64,000 nt of DNA, from IMG/VR virus record IMGVR_UViG_3300038426_000029, positions 17,993 to 81,992 of that record; one strand, written 5' to 3'. The translations under genes and the position numbers were made by a program. Of this stretch, positions 18,218-27,319 are shown in pieces (within the stretch, counting starts at the first letter, position 1; each line of letters begins with the position of its first letter). The notes under the pieces were generated by a model, which made no database searches, was not told where the DNA came from, and worked only from the letters and a program-made list of their open reading frames with translations. Origin of the DNA: a virus (taxonomy: Duplodnaviria; Caudoviricetes).

Positions 18218-19413
18218 TTGACATTCAACTCTTTCACTAATCTACGTTGCATACTGATTATAAATGTTATGGTTCCCAGCATCAGAGAAGCTATAAAACT
18301 TATACCACAGATGAGTGCCATAGATATATTGAGTTTGAATGTTTCGAGATATAAACCTGTCGTGTATAGACCAGAGAATAATGATGTTAAGAATAAGATG
18401 GCTGTTGGTATTCCAATATATGTGTAGGGTCTATTCCATACAGCACCCCAGAATATTATCTCAATGAGTGTCAGACCCTGATATATAAATTTTGTGGGAT
18501 GTTCTGGTTTGTTATAAGTGACATTACATGGCACATCTGTTATGTTTAAACCCTTCTCTCTTGCCCTATTAATTATCTCAAGGGATGCTTCCATTCCATC
18601 TGCTGTCAAATGTAGCCTATCAATTGCAAATTTATTATATGCCCTGAAACCGCACTGAGTATCACCAATACCATAGATCATATTAATTCCCTGAACAACA
18701 ACTCTTCTATGGTAAGGCATATTATTTGTTACTGAAAACCTATTACCAACAACAATATCTGAATCTTGAATTTTATCTAAAAACTTTGGAATTTCATTAG
18801 GATCATGCTGTCCATCTCCATCAAGCGTAATGAGGACATCATAATCATTAACCTTAGCATATTTGAAGATTTCTTGTAAAGCTCTGCCATATCCAGACCA
18901 ATCAAATTCTAGAACCTTAGCACCATAAGATTTTGCAAGAAAAGCTGTTCCATCTGTTGATCCATTGGAAACAACAAGAACATCACCATATTTCTTGGAC
19001 TCTTTTACTACATCTTTAATGTTATCCTGTTCATTATATGCAGGAATACCAATCAGGATATTATGACCTAATGGAAACTTCACTTTTAGTGTATTATCTA
19101 ATAGTGCCATTTCCTCTGGATCGGTTGATTCTGCATCACAGGCAACAAAATGATAGTGTTCTGGTATTGAGCAGTGTGTAGAATCACAGAAATACCAAGG
19201 CTTGATACCGACATACTTGTTCATGTATTCTATGAGCTTGGCTTTGACACGTATCTGTTCTTCAAAAGTAGGTTTATCAGAGTGTCTAATTATGCTGGAC
19301 ATCAGACGAATTTTATGCCCTTTCTTATCTTTAGTTTCCACAACATATACTAATTCATCTGTGTAAATAAGTTTTTCTCGTTGAGGAATAGTACAGAGTG
19401 AACATTCAGACAT
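18214..19413 (-). CDS. HIT-like domain fused to DPM1/GtrB-like GT2 with C-terminal TMs
   Basis: N-terminal CSLC...EHYHFV; then IGIPAYNE, ITLDGDGQHDP, DTQCGFRAY. Confidence 0.8.
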   Translation of the reverse strand: MSECSLCTIPQREKLIYTDELVYVVETKDKKGHKIRLMSSIIRHSDKPTFEEQIRVKAKLIEYMNKYVGIKPWYFCDSTHCSIPEHYHFVACDAESTDPEEMALLDNTLKVKFPLGHNILIGIPAYNEQDNIKDVVKESKKYGDVLVVSNGSTDGTAFLAKSYGAKVLEFDWSGYGRALQEIFKYAKVNDYDVLITLDGDGQHDPNEIPKFLDKIQDSDIVVGNRFSVTNNMPYHRRVVVQGINMIYGIGDTQCGFRAYNKFAIDRLHLTADGMEASLEIINRAREKGLNITDVPCNVTYNKPEHPTKFIYQGLTLIEIIFWGAVWNRPYTYIGIPTAILFLTSLFSGLYTTGLYLETFKLNISMALICGISFIASLMLGTITFIISMQRRLVKELNVK

Positions 19414-19414
19414 T

Positions 19415-19675
19415 TTAATTACCTCTCAAAATTGAATTCTTTGAGAAATAATCATCATATACCACCAAAATTATTGTATATAAAATCGTTATAATAAGAA
19501 TTGTTTGTATTATTGGGTTATAACTTAAAGCACACAGTGTCCTAGCAGGTTCGGTTTGTATCACAGCCGTTGTATAACCCATTGGACAAAAAACCATGAA
19601 ACAAAAAAGAATAGAAATTACATCTACATAGACAGATATATGAAATATTTGTTTTTTGTCTATGTTGATTGACAT
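19415..19675 (-). CDS. Small 2-TM protein
   Basis: Hydrophobic; in operon. Confidence 0.55.
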   Translation of the reverse strand: MSINIDKKQIFHISVYVDVISILFCFMVFCPMGYTTAVIQTEPARTLCALSYNPIIQTILIITILYTIILVVYDDYFSKNSILRGN

Positions 19676-19681
19676 TTTATC

Positions 19682-20359
19682 TTACACAACTGGTTTTAAA
19701 GCTGTTTTCCATTTTTCAGTGAATTCTTTTACAGCTTCCTCTGTTTTGGGATGTTTGTACATCTCATTTAGGACTTTGTACGGAACTGTTACAATATCAG
19801 CACCGCTATCCATACAGACCTGAACATCCTCTGGACTTCTGATACTTCCACAGATTAGGAGTGGTCTATCACCACTACCAAATCTCTGTAAATATTCGGC
19901 TGTTATTCTGATCTGTTCCTTTGCGTAATCAAAGTTCTTGAAATCAATCATTCTCCTGTAGAAAAGGGAGATATAATATGGTTCTGACTCAAGACCAATG
20001 ATAGCCTGATAAGCAGACATTAGACATGTTAGATTTACTGGAATATGTTTTCTTTTTAAAGCATTTATTAATTCTGATGTGCGAGTATCAATCATAGGTA
20101 CTTTTACTACTACCTTTTCCATACAACACATATAGTATTCTGTTGCTTCATCAACAAGTTTATCTATAGATAAAAATGGATCAATCAACTCAACAGATAC
20201 ATCATATATATCATATTGACATATATCATGTATCATCTTCTGTATGTCTTTCACACCAGATTTTGCCATTAGACTTGGGTTGGTTGTAATACCATCACAT
20301 AAACCAAGGCTAAGAATCTCATCTATCTCTTTCAAGTCTGCCGAATCTAAGTATAATAT
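19682..20359 (-). CDS. tal: Transaldolase/fructose-6-phosphate aldolase (TalC type); N-terminus extends upstream of the track start
   Basis: ILYLDSA, GITTNPSL, VVVKVP (Schiff-base Lys), VNLT, GSIR, GADIVTVP, HPKT. Confidence 0.92.
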   Translation of the reverse strand: MLYLDSADLKEIDEILSLGLCDGITTNPSLMAKSGVKDIQKMIHDICQYDIYDVSVELIDPFLSIDKLVDEATEYYMCCMEKVVVKVPMIDTRTSELINALKRKHIPVNLTCLMSAYQAIIGLESEPYYISLFYRRMIDFKNFDYAKEQIRITAEYLQRFGSGDRPLLICGSIRSPEDVQVCMDSGADIVTVPYKVLNEMYKHPKTEEAVKEFTEKWKTALKPVV

Positions 20360-20754
20360 AGCCCAACATCCTCCATATACGTTTTTAACATTTCTTCATT
20401 TATCTCAGTCTTTTTGTTCAGTTTAGTAATCATATCTATAGCAGTTAGAACTGTTATTTTTTCGTGTCTAGCTAGATATAGTGCGACCACAAACGCTGAA
20501 CGAGACTTACCTTCACGACAATGAATTAGTATTCTCTTTCTTTTATTAACTTGTTCTCTAATCTTCTTCAAGACTAGATTATAGTGCTTAATAGGATTGT
20601 GACCATCCACTAGATGGAACTTATAATCCTCAAATCCTGTATCACTTCCACCCACATTTATAACGAAACAAATATTATTACTTCTAAGATCGTCTAAAGT
20701 ATATTTATCGTTTCCTATAAATATATCTTCTGTTATTTTTGTTATCGACATCAT
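20347..20754 (-). CDS. Dual-specificity (Cys-based) phosphatase
   Basis: IHCREGKSRS (HCxxGxxRS), LVDG acid loop. Confidence 0.88.
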   Translation of the reverse strand: MMSITKITEDIFIGNDKYTLDDLRSNNICFVINVGGSDTGFEDYKFHLVDGHNPIKHYNLVLKKIREQVNKRKRILIHCREGKSRSAFVVALYLARHEKITVLTAIDMITKLNKKTEINEEMLKTYMEDVGLYYT

Positions 20755-21320
20755 GTTACCTTCAATACATTTATTTCCGATACTAATGCATGTGCTAAGA
20801 CACTATGTATTCCCTCAACTATATAAGGATTTCTTGTATCTACACAGAGTGAAATATCACATAACTCTTTTAAATTACCACCATTATTGCCTATAAAAGC
20901 ATATCTATAACCGTGCATAGATTTAAAATACTTTGCTAAATTAAACAAATTAGAACTCCACAACTCATCATTCGGACTCTTGCCACTTGAACCATTCACA
21001 CTAGCCATAATGAGAATGTCACCATTCTTGATCCTACCCTTGACAACGGAAGAGTAAACATCATCCCAACCATCATCATTTATCTTGGCTGTGAGGGAGG
21101 GGACATTATCTGTTATGCAGATTGCTTGTATTCCAAGGTTTGTAAGGTCTGATGCTAAGTGACTCATCGTTGCTGACGAACCACCATTACCAACTAACCA
21201 CACCGTAGCATTAAAACGGTGTGCCCTGATGAAAATTGCATTTGCAATATCTTTTATAAGAATTATATTCGTTTCTGGTAAATATTTTACAACTTCATCA
21301 ATTACCTGTCTAGCTGTCAC
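20751..21320 (-). CDS. gmhA: Phosphoheptose (sedoheptulose-7-P) isomerase, SIS domain
   Basis: GNGGS, HLASD, TAKINDDG, GG.LKELCD, EGIH. Confidence 0.85.
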   Translation of the reverse strand: MTARQVIDEVVKYLPETNIILIKDIANAIFIRAHRFNATVWLVGNGGSSATMSHLASDLTNLGIQAICITDNVPSLTAKINDDGWDDVYSSVVKGRIKNGDILIMASVNGSSGKSPNDELWSSNLFNLAKYFKSMHGYRYAFIGNNGGNLKELCDISLCVDTRNPYIVEGIHSVLAHALVSEINVLKVT

Positions 21321-22251
21321 CTGCTATCACCTCTGAGCCTGTATATGTCATTTTGAATGGAACATATGCCCTACTCTCGAAACAACCAGACTGAAGAATT
21401 TTTGTTCTTGTTTTATTATCTGGAATAACTACCATGAGGAATCCACCACTACCTGCACCGACTAATTTTCCACCAATAGCACCGTTTTGTCTCAATTCAT
21501 CATAGAGATTATCTATCTCTGGTGTAGACATCTCAGGTGAAATTGTCTTTTTAATTTTCCAGTGATCATCCATAAGTTCACCAAGTTTTTGATAATCCAG
21601 ATTCATAATAGCCTTAGCGGATTCTCTACCAATCTCTTCAATATCTTTAAGTTGCCGTGTGGATTCCTTTACAGTATTGAGTATCCTTCCCGAATCACGT
21701 ATATTTGAGGTATAAATTAACATTAAGTGGTTTGTAAGTTCTGGTTCTGTGAGAATTATATCATCAACTTTACCATCCCTACCAATCATATAAACTCTAG
21801 TTCCACCAAAAGAAGCCGAATATTGATCCTGCTTTCCGATGGGTCTTGAAAGATTGTTCCGTTCAATGGAATATGCCTGTTCAGCCAAGTCGGTTTTACT
21901 TATTGTAGGATTAAATGCCTTTATTGCACCAACTGTGAAAGCACCAGAAGAACCTAATCCTGAACTTCCGGGTAGATCAGCAAATGTGATAAATTCCTGA
22001 TTCTGCCATATGTTAAACTTCTTGAATATCTCCCTGATTATTGGATGTTGAATATCTCGATTGCCTTTAGTAATTTCTAGATTTGAATAAACTATTCTAA
22101 GTTCTTTCTCAAACCTAGTGTTTATAGCTATATATATGTATTTGTCGATTGTAGCTGAAATCCAGAAACCACCGTTTTCTTGATAGTATTCTGGTATGTC
22201 TGTTCCACCACCCCCAAGTGTTATACGTAAAGGTGTTCTTGTAATGATCAT
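21310..22251 (-). CDS. hddA: GHMP kinase, D-glycero-D-manno-heptose-7-P kinase family
   Basis: RTPLRITLGGGGTD, PGSSGLGSSG, GKQDQY, GGKLVGAGSGGF. Confidence 0.9.
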   Translation of the reverse strand: MIITRTPLRITLGGGGTDIPEYYQENGGFWISATIDKYIYIAINTRFEKELRIVYSNLEITKGNRDIQHPIIREIFKKFNIWQNQEFITFADLPGSSGLGSSGAFTVGAIKAFNPTISKTDLAEQAYSIERNNLSRPIGKQDQYSASFGGTRVYMIGRDGKVDDIILTEPELTNHLMLIYTSNIRDSGRILNTVKESTRQLKDIEEIGRESAKAIMNLDYQKLGELMDDHWKIKKTISPEMSTPEIDNLYDELRQNGAIGGKLVGAGSGGFLMVVIPDNKTRTKILQSGCFESRAYVPFKMTYTGSEVIAGDS

Positions 22252-22880
22252 ACTAAACGACCACCACTGGTTTTTGGCACATGAAATATAAGTGAATAAT
22301 GTGTTTGTAAATCATTCATCTTTTTCTTTTTACAATTTCCTACCTCAAAAATCATAACATCACCATTTTGCTTTTTTGCATAAACATCTACAGCATAACG
22401 ATGTCCATTAATTGTTATAAATCTCTCTGTTTCTACAACCATACCAAGAGAACGTATTTCGTTTGCTATTTTATTTTTTATAGTTTTATGTTCATCAGAC
22501 TCTCTTGAAATATTAAGATATTTAGCATCATTTTCAAAATATATATGAAGTTTATTACTAATTGAATCTAATGTTTTTTGTGAATAGACATTTGTTTTTC
22601 CTTTATTCCAAGGAATGTGCCCTATATTAGCATCACTAATTCTTTTTACACTTTCATTATTATACTTAGTTTTACCAATATTCCAAACGGTTCGTTCACC
22701 ATTTTCATATAATTTTTTTAAACTTTTAGATGTCTTTTCTTTTTGTTCTTCTGAAACACACATACCTTTCTTAGTTTTTGATATATTATCCCCCCATTCC
22801 CTGCTTCTGGGCTTTCCATTAAACGGATGTATGTGTACCTTGCCACACTTACGGCAGAGTCCATAGTTATGTCCTTTCAC
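22248..22880 (-). CDS. NUMOD3-like + PD-(D/E)xK-like putative endonuclease, copy 1 (divergent)
   Basis: WNIG/PWNKG repeats; ERFITINGHRYAVDVYA...FEVGNC. Confidence 0.65.
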   Translation of the reverse strand: MKGHNYGLCRKCGKVHIHPFNGKPRSREWGDNISKTKKGMCVSEEQKEKTSKSLKKLYENGERTVWNIGKTKYNNESVKRISDANIGHIPWNKGKTNVYSQKTLDSISNKLHIYFENDAKYLNISRESDEHKTIKNKIANEIRSLGMVVETERFITINGHRYAVDVYAKKQNGDVMIFEVGNCKKKKMNDLQTHYSLIFHVPKTSGGRLV

Positions 22881-22922
22881 TTTTTAAATCACCAGAAACA
22901 ACACATTCTAACAATAGACATT

Positions 22923-23594
22923 CTATTTAGATTTCTCCATAGGTTTCGATTTATTAACACAATATAGTACTATCAAGATGTTTATAAACCTGTTGATCAT
23001 AAAATAAGGTGAATTCCAATAACTAGCTATAATACTACTATTCTCTGTTGGAACTGGTGATCTAAAATATAAGAATAATATTGAAATGATAACACCAGAT
23101 AAAACAGCAATTATTGTTTTTCTATCACTTTTCCATCCACAGGTAATATATATGAAAAGAACAAACAAAAGACCAACAAGCTGTAAGAAAATATCTATCA
23201 CAAATCCTTTTTGAAGTACGTTATATATAATTGTTGGTGCTTCCCAGAAAAATCTTCCTACACCAACAGACACAACCGAAATAGCAAATGCTTGTGGGAA
23301 GTCCCATTTTCTATCAACCATAAGGTACATTATAAATGAAAGACCAATAAAACCATAAAAAGATATTAAATATGTTATAGAAGTAGCATTTAATATATAT
23401 GTTAAATATGATCCATTAGACTGTATAAATGTATAAAATACTTGCATAAATAGTGTAAATAAAAGACCAATATACAAAAATATATATATTTTGTTTAACT
23501 TTGATGTTTTATAGTAGTAGAACATTATTGCAAAAGCAGGAAGTATCCACATCACAAAATATGCTAATAGTGACATTAAAGTTGCTTCATCCAT
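22923..23594 (-). CDS. Polytopic membrane protein (array member)
   Basis: About 6 TM. Confidence 0.7.
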   Translation of the reverse strand: MDEATLMSLLAYFVMWILPAFAIMFYYYKTSKLNKIYIFLYIGLLFTLFMQVFYTFIQSNGSYLTYILNATSITYLISFYGFIGLSFIMYLMVDRKWDFPQAFAISVVSVGVGRFFWEAPTIIYNVLQKGFVIDIFLQLVGLLFVLFIYITCGWKSDRKTIIAVLSGVIISILFLYFRSPVPTENSSIIASYWNSPYFMINRFINILIVLYCVNKSKPMEKSK

Positions 23595-23596
23595 TT

Positions 23597-24265
23597 TTAA
23601 AACCTTGGTGATTCAATTTTATAATTTTCTTCTTTACCATGCTCAACTAGGTAGTAAAATAGGAAGAACGTTGTTGTACGCATAAACAGCCAAAAGACAT
23701 TGGCGTTTGGATCATAATTATAGGAACTACCGACGGCAAAGTGTGTCCAGAAACCATTAATCCACAAAGCAAGATAACCAATTCCCTGTAAAAGTAGAAG
23801 CCCTACTGTCTTTAGTTTATCAGAAATACTCAACTTTTTCTTCAATATTGGATAGTGTTTATTCAAAATTAGAAGAATCCAGTAAAACCACACAATTACG
23901 GTCACATCCGTGATGAACATGATATTCCAAACACCATTTATTGCAAAGTTATTGAAGTCCCATAGAAATCCACCAAAGTAACTATGTATGGCAACTATGA
24001 GAAAAGAAGCAACTATTCTAGTTATAATAGGAATATGTTTTAATACTCTTTGATACATCATAAAAGCAATTGAAAACAATATCATAGAATAACTATGAAC
24101 ATAATTAATTGTGAATGGAATCTGTGATACTGCATATATACTTTTGGTCTGTAAAATAGGAATGGTACAATATATAATGATCAAAATTGGAATAACCCAA
24201 GTCACTATAACATTTATATTTTTACTTAGTTTTGGGTTGTTCATGTTTCTTCGTTCGTTCCTCAT
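23597..24265 (-). CDS. Polytopic membrane protein (array member)
   Basis: About 6 TM; YDPNANVFW resembles the TPxPHxWLW motif of neighbours. Confidence 0.7.
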   Translation of the reverse strand: MRNERRNMNNPKLSKNINVIVTWVIPILIIIYCTIPILQTKSIYAVSQIPFTINYVHSYSMILFSIAFMMYQRVLKHIPIITRIVASFLIVAIHSYFGGFLWDFNNFAINGVWNIMFITDVTVIVWFYWILLILNKHYPILKKKLSISDKLKTVGLLLLQGIGYLALWINGFWTHFAVGSSYNYDPNANVFWLFMRTTTFFLFYYLVEHGKEENYKIESPRF

Positions 24266-24773
24266 GTTGCTTTTTGTTAAGTATCATTGGGTATAGGAAC
24301 CATACGCCAAGTCCCTTGTTAATCATCCACAGCCAATCATGTGGATTTGGTGTTGTCATACCAGAAGCCAACCAAGCACGTACTAGTGGATAGTAACCTG
24401 TAAATGTGAAGATATAAAATGTTGAAAGTTCAATCAAATATAAAGCAATGCTCAGTTTGGTTAGATGTATGAATTTAAACAAATAATTACAGACAATAAG
24501 TGCTACAAACAATCCGATAACCACAACAATATACTGCATAAAATAGGAATTTATATTTGTCTCATATGTCATATACTGCCAAATGGATTCATAAAGATCA
24601 TTTCCAAAAGCACCCAATAAATAAGCTAACATAAGGGCATAGACAATGTTTGTATATCTAGATATTTTATAGAAAGCCACAAAACAGAAAACTGCATATG
24701 TTACAAATGACCAAACGTGAAGCTGATAACCACCAATATGAACTTCTAATAATAAAAGATTATAAATCCACAA
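24222..24773 (-). CDS. Polytopic membrane protein, paralog of 24785-25345
   Basis: Shared HVWS, VAFYKIS, ND.YE.IW, TP.PH.WLWMINKGLG. Confidence 0.75.
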   Translation of the reverse strand: MWIYNLLLLEVHIGGYQLHVWSFVTYAVFCFVAFYKISRYTNIVYALMLAYLLGAFGNDLYESIWQYMTYETNINSYFMQYIVVVIGLFVALIVCNYLFKFIHLTKLSIALYLIELSTFYIFTFTGYYPLVRAWLASGMTTPNPHDWLWMINKGLGVWFLYPMILNKKQHEERTKKHEQPKTK

Positions 24774-24784
24774 CCAGAAGTCGA

Positions 24785-25345
24785 TTATTGACGTTTTCTC
24801 TTTCCCCCCTTCAATCTTAAATTTCGCTGTTCCTTACTCAATATAAGCGGATATAAAGCAAAAGCACCCAAACCCTTATTGATCATCCATAACCAATTAT
24901 GTGGGTCTGGTGTTTGTCCACCAGACAAGAACCAAGGTCTAAGTACCTCATAATGCCCTGTGAAATATAATACAAAAAATGAAAGAATTTCAAGAGAAAT
25001 TAAAATAACAAAAGTTTTATTTATTCTTAAAAATACTGTTTTTCTATTAACGACAAACAAAAGGACAACAAGAGAACTTAGAATTATCATATCTTGTGGT
25101 ATTAACACTGTTCTGGATGGAATCTGTGCAAAGGCTGTCCAGATAGTTTCATAAAAATCATTTGCTATTATACCAACTAAAAGAGTTAATAATGCACTAA
25201 TAACAATATTATAATACTTGGAGATTTTATAAAATGCAACTAAACAAAAGGCAATATATACAACCAAAGACCACACGTGGATATTACCAAGAGAAGGTAT
25301 TGTGGAAAGTAAAAAAAGATAAAATTCTTCAAACATTAGAGCCAT
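24785..25345 (-). CDS. Polytopic membrane protein, paralog of 24222-24773
   Basis: Same shared motifs. Confidence 0.75.
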   Translation of the reverse strand: MALMFEEFYLFLLSTIPSLGNIHVWSLVVYIAFCLVAFYKISKYYNIVISALLTLLVGIIANDFYETIWTAFAQIPSRTVLIPQDMIILSSLVVLLFVVNRKTVFLRINKTFVILISLEILSFFVLYFTGHYEVLRPWFLSGGQTPDPHNWLWMINKGLGAFALYPLILSKEQRNLRLKGGKRKRQ

Positions 25346-25752
25346 TGCCCTTTATTCTTTCTCTTGGGTGCTAATCCTGTTAAGTATCCTAATGCACCAA
25401 CTGTTAATGAATAGTTCCAGAAAGCGGCAACCAGAATTGCACAAATATCCGCTATAATTAATGGTAAAATACTAACAAGAGATGAAAGAACTAAATAATT
25501 TACGGCAGTTCCACCTATACCACAAATAATAGCATAATTACCAAAACTCCAAATTTTCTTATAAAAACTTGCAATTGGACCTGAATCATCAGAAATCTTA
25601 TCCAAACCGAGAAGAATTAATCTAGACATTGGGTTGTCAATTGTTTGTGTAGATTCATTTACCTCAATAACCTTCTTATTCTCAGCTACTTTGAGTTGTG
25701 ACTTTAAGTTTTCAACTTGTTGCTTGAGTAATTCTAATTCTGTTGTTGACAT
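25336..25752 (-). CDS. GtrA-like polyprenyl-P-sugar flippase with N-terminal coiled coil
   Basis: GIGGTAVNYLVL...ADICAILVAAFWNYSL. Confidence 0.65.
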   Translation of the reverse strand: MSTTELELLKQQVENLKSQLKVAENKKVIEVNESTQTIDNPMSRLILLGLDKISDDSGPIASFYKKIWSFGNYAIICGIGGTAVNYLVLSSLVSILPLIIADICAILVAAFWNYSLTVGALGYLTGLAPKRKNKGQWL

Positions 25753-25767
25753 TAAAAAACCTTCAGT

Positions 25768-25884
25768 TTATGCCTTAGATAATTGTTTCCTTAACTTTGC
25801 CAAACGTACTCTAGCAACAACCTCCCAGATGAATATACCACCTAGCATTGATGCCGCTACAGTAAATATGAAATCTGTTTCTAT
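25768..25884 (-). CDS. 38-aa signal-anchor peptide, apparent ATA start (not in track)
   Basis: GAGGTGA SD, ATAG overlap with upstream stop; (M)ETDFIFTVAASMLGGIFIWEVVARVRLAKLRKQLSKA. Confidence 0.45.
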   Translation of the reverse strand: METDFIFTVAASMLGGIFIWEVVARVRLAKLRKQLSKA

Positions 25885-26018
25885 TGTCTTTTCACCTCTT
25901 TTTTCTTTTCTTCCTCAGATACTGCTTTCTCTAAAGCGGTTTTAATAAAAGAATGGATGTTGATTCCAAGTTTGGATATTCTTATAACTAGCTCGTCTGG
26001 TATATAATATGTTCCCAT
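25881..26018 (-). CDS. Ribbon-helix-helix / CcdA-like small DNA-binding protein (not in track)
   Basis: MGTYYIPDELVIRISKLGINIHSFIKTALEKAVSEEEK. Confidence 0.6.
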   Translation of the reverse strand: MGTYYIPDELVIRISKLGINIHSFIKTALEKAVSEEEKKKEVKRQ

Positions 26019-26081
26019 CTTACAATCGTGTTATAATAATAATAACATAGATATATAAATGTTATGTTTTCCCTGACTTTT

Positions 26082-26399
26082 TTAGAATACAGATATTATA
26101 GACTCAAACATGCTTTTCTTTTTCTTTTGTGGTGTTGGTTTCTTCTTTGATGTGAGTGGCTTTACAATAGCACTTCCTATTCTAACAGCCCTGTTACCCT
26201 TGATGTTGGTTTCTATCCACATATCTGCTTTTACTTTGCTTGTTTCTACATACGGTTTGAATTTTCTTTCTGTATGTATTGCTGTCTTAACCAGTGGCTT
26301 GACAAGACCCCTCATCCGTTTTGGTGATCTAACATAAACTTGAGCAAGAGTCTGTGTAGCTTGTTCACCCAATTCATCTATTCTATTTCTTTTAGACAT
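26082..26399 (-). CDS. Basic hypothetical protein
   Basis: K-rich; TATA upstream. Confidence 0.6.
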   Translation of the reverse strand: MSKRNRIDELGEQATQTLAQVYVRSPKRMRGLVKPLVKTAIHTERKFKPYVETSKVKADMWIETNIKGNRAVRIGSAIVKPLTSKKKPTPQKKKKSMFESIISVF

Positions 26400-26520
26400 G
26401 GTTGATCATACTATATATGTGTTTATAAAGGTTATGTTAATGTATATTTGTTAACGGTTGATCATTACTGTTAAACCATAATCCTTATATAATAGTCTCG
26501 TACACTATGGATTGATTGAA

Positions 26521-27228
26521 ATGCCAAAGAAAGGAGAACACCCATCAGATGTAACAAGAAAACTACAGAGTGAGGCTAAGAAAGGTAAGCATCTCTCAGA
26601 CACAACAAAAAAGCTATTAAGTGAGATTAATAAAGGTGAGAATAACCCCATGTTTGGTGTGACAGGTGAAAAATGCCCTGCGTTTGGTATACATTTAACT
26701 GGTGAGAAAACCTCTATGTTTGGCAAACATCACACAAAGGAAACAAAAAAACTAATTGGTGATGCTAATAGAGGTGAAAAAAGTCCTATGTTTGGTAAAA
26801 CTGGTGGGTTATGCCCTAATTATGGCAGACATCACACGCAAGAGGAAAGAGTAAAAATAAGTGTAGCACACCAACTACGTGTTCATCACACCAAAGGTGG
26901 AGGTACATCCCACCTAGTTACTATAGCACTCATTAGTAGTCGATTAGAGAGTCTGGGATGGAAAGTTGAAAGTTGGTGTACAACAGGAGAGAGATTTATC
27001 ACGATAGATAAACACAAATACTCACCTGATATTTATGCTACAAAGGATAATAATAATCCAATTTTGGTTGAGGTTGGAAGTTGCACAACACAAAAACTAT
27101 GCCACTTAATGTCCCATTATCCTGTGGTATTACATGTGTCAAAGCTGAAAATGGAGTTAGAATTTCAATTCTCTAAGAATGAAATGTCCACACTATATAA
27201 ATGGAATTTATTTAACAGGCTACTTTAA
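26521..27228 (+). CDS. NUMOD3-repeat + PD-(D/E)xK-like putative homing endonuclease, copy 2
   Basis: GEKxPMFGKHHT repeats; SPDIYA..ILVEVGSC. Confidence 0.75.
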   Translation: MPKKGEHPSDVTRKLQSEAKKGKHLSDTTKKLLSEINKGENNPMFGVTGEKCPAFGIHLTGEKTSMFGKHHTKETKKLIGDANRGEKSPMFGKTGGLCPNYGRHHTQEERVKISVAHQLRVHHTKGGGTSHLVTIALISSRLESLGWKVESWCTTGERFITIDKHKYSPDIYATKDNNNPILVEVGSCTTQKLCHLMSHYPVVLHVSKLKMELEFQFSKNEMSTLYKWNLFNRLL

Positions 27229-27319
27229 CTACTTAATCTCAAATGTTTGCTAAACATACCATCTATTAGGCTTGTCCTATTATTTTCGTCTTTTATTTCT
27301 CTAGGTATGTTTAATCACA

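Noticed and set aside
20347-20420. Programmed -1 frameshift fusing phosphatase to transaldolase
   Set aside because: The tal frame is open for only ~12 codons upstream of ATA 20359 and no canonical XXXYYYZ slippery site is present
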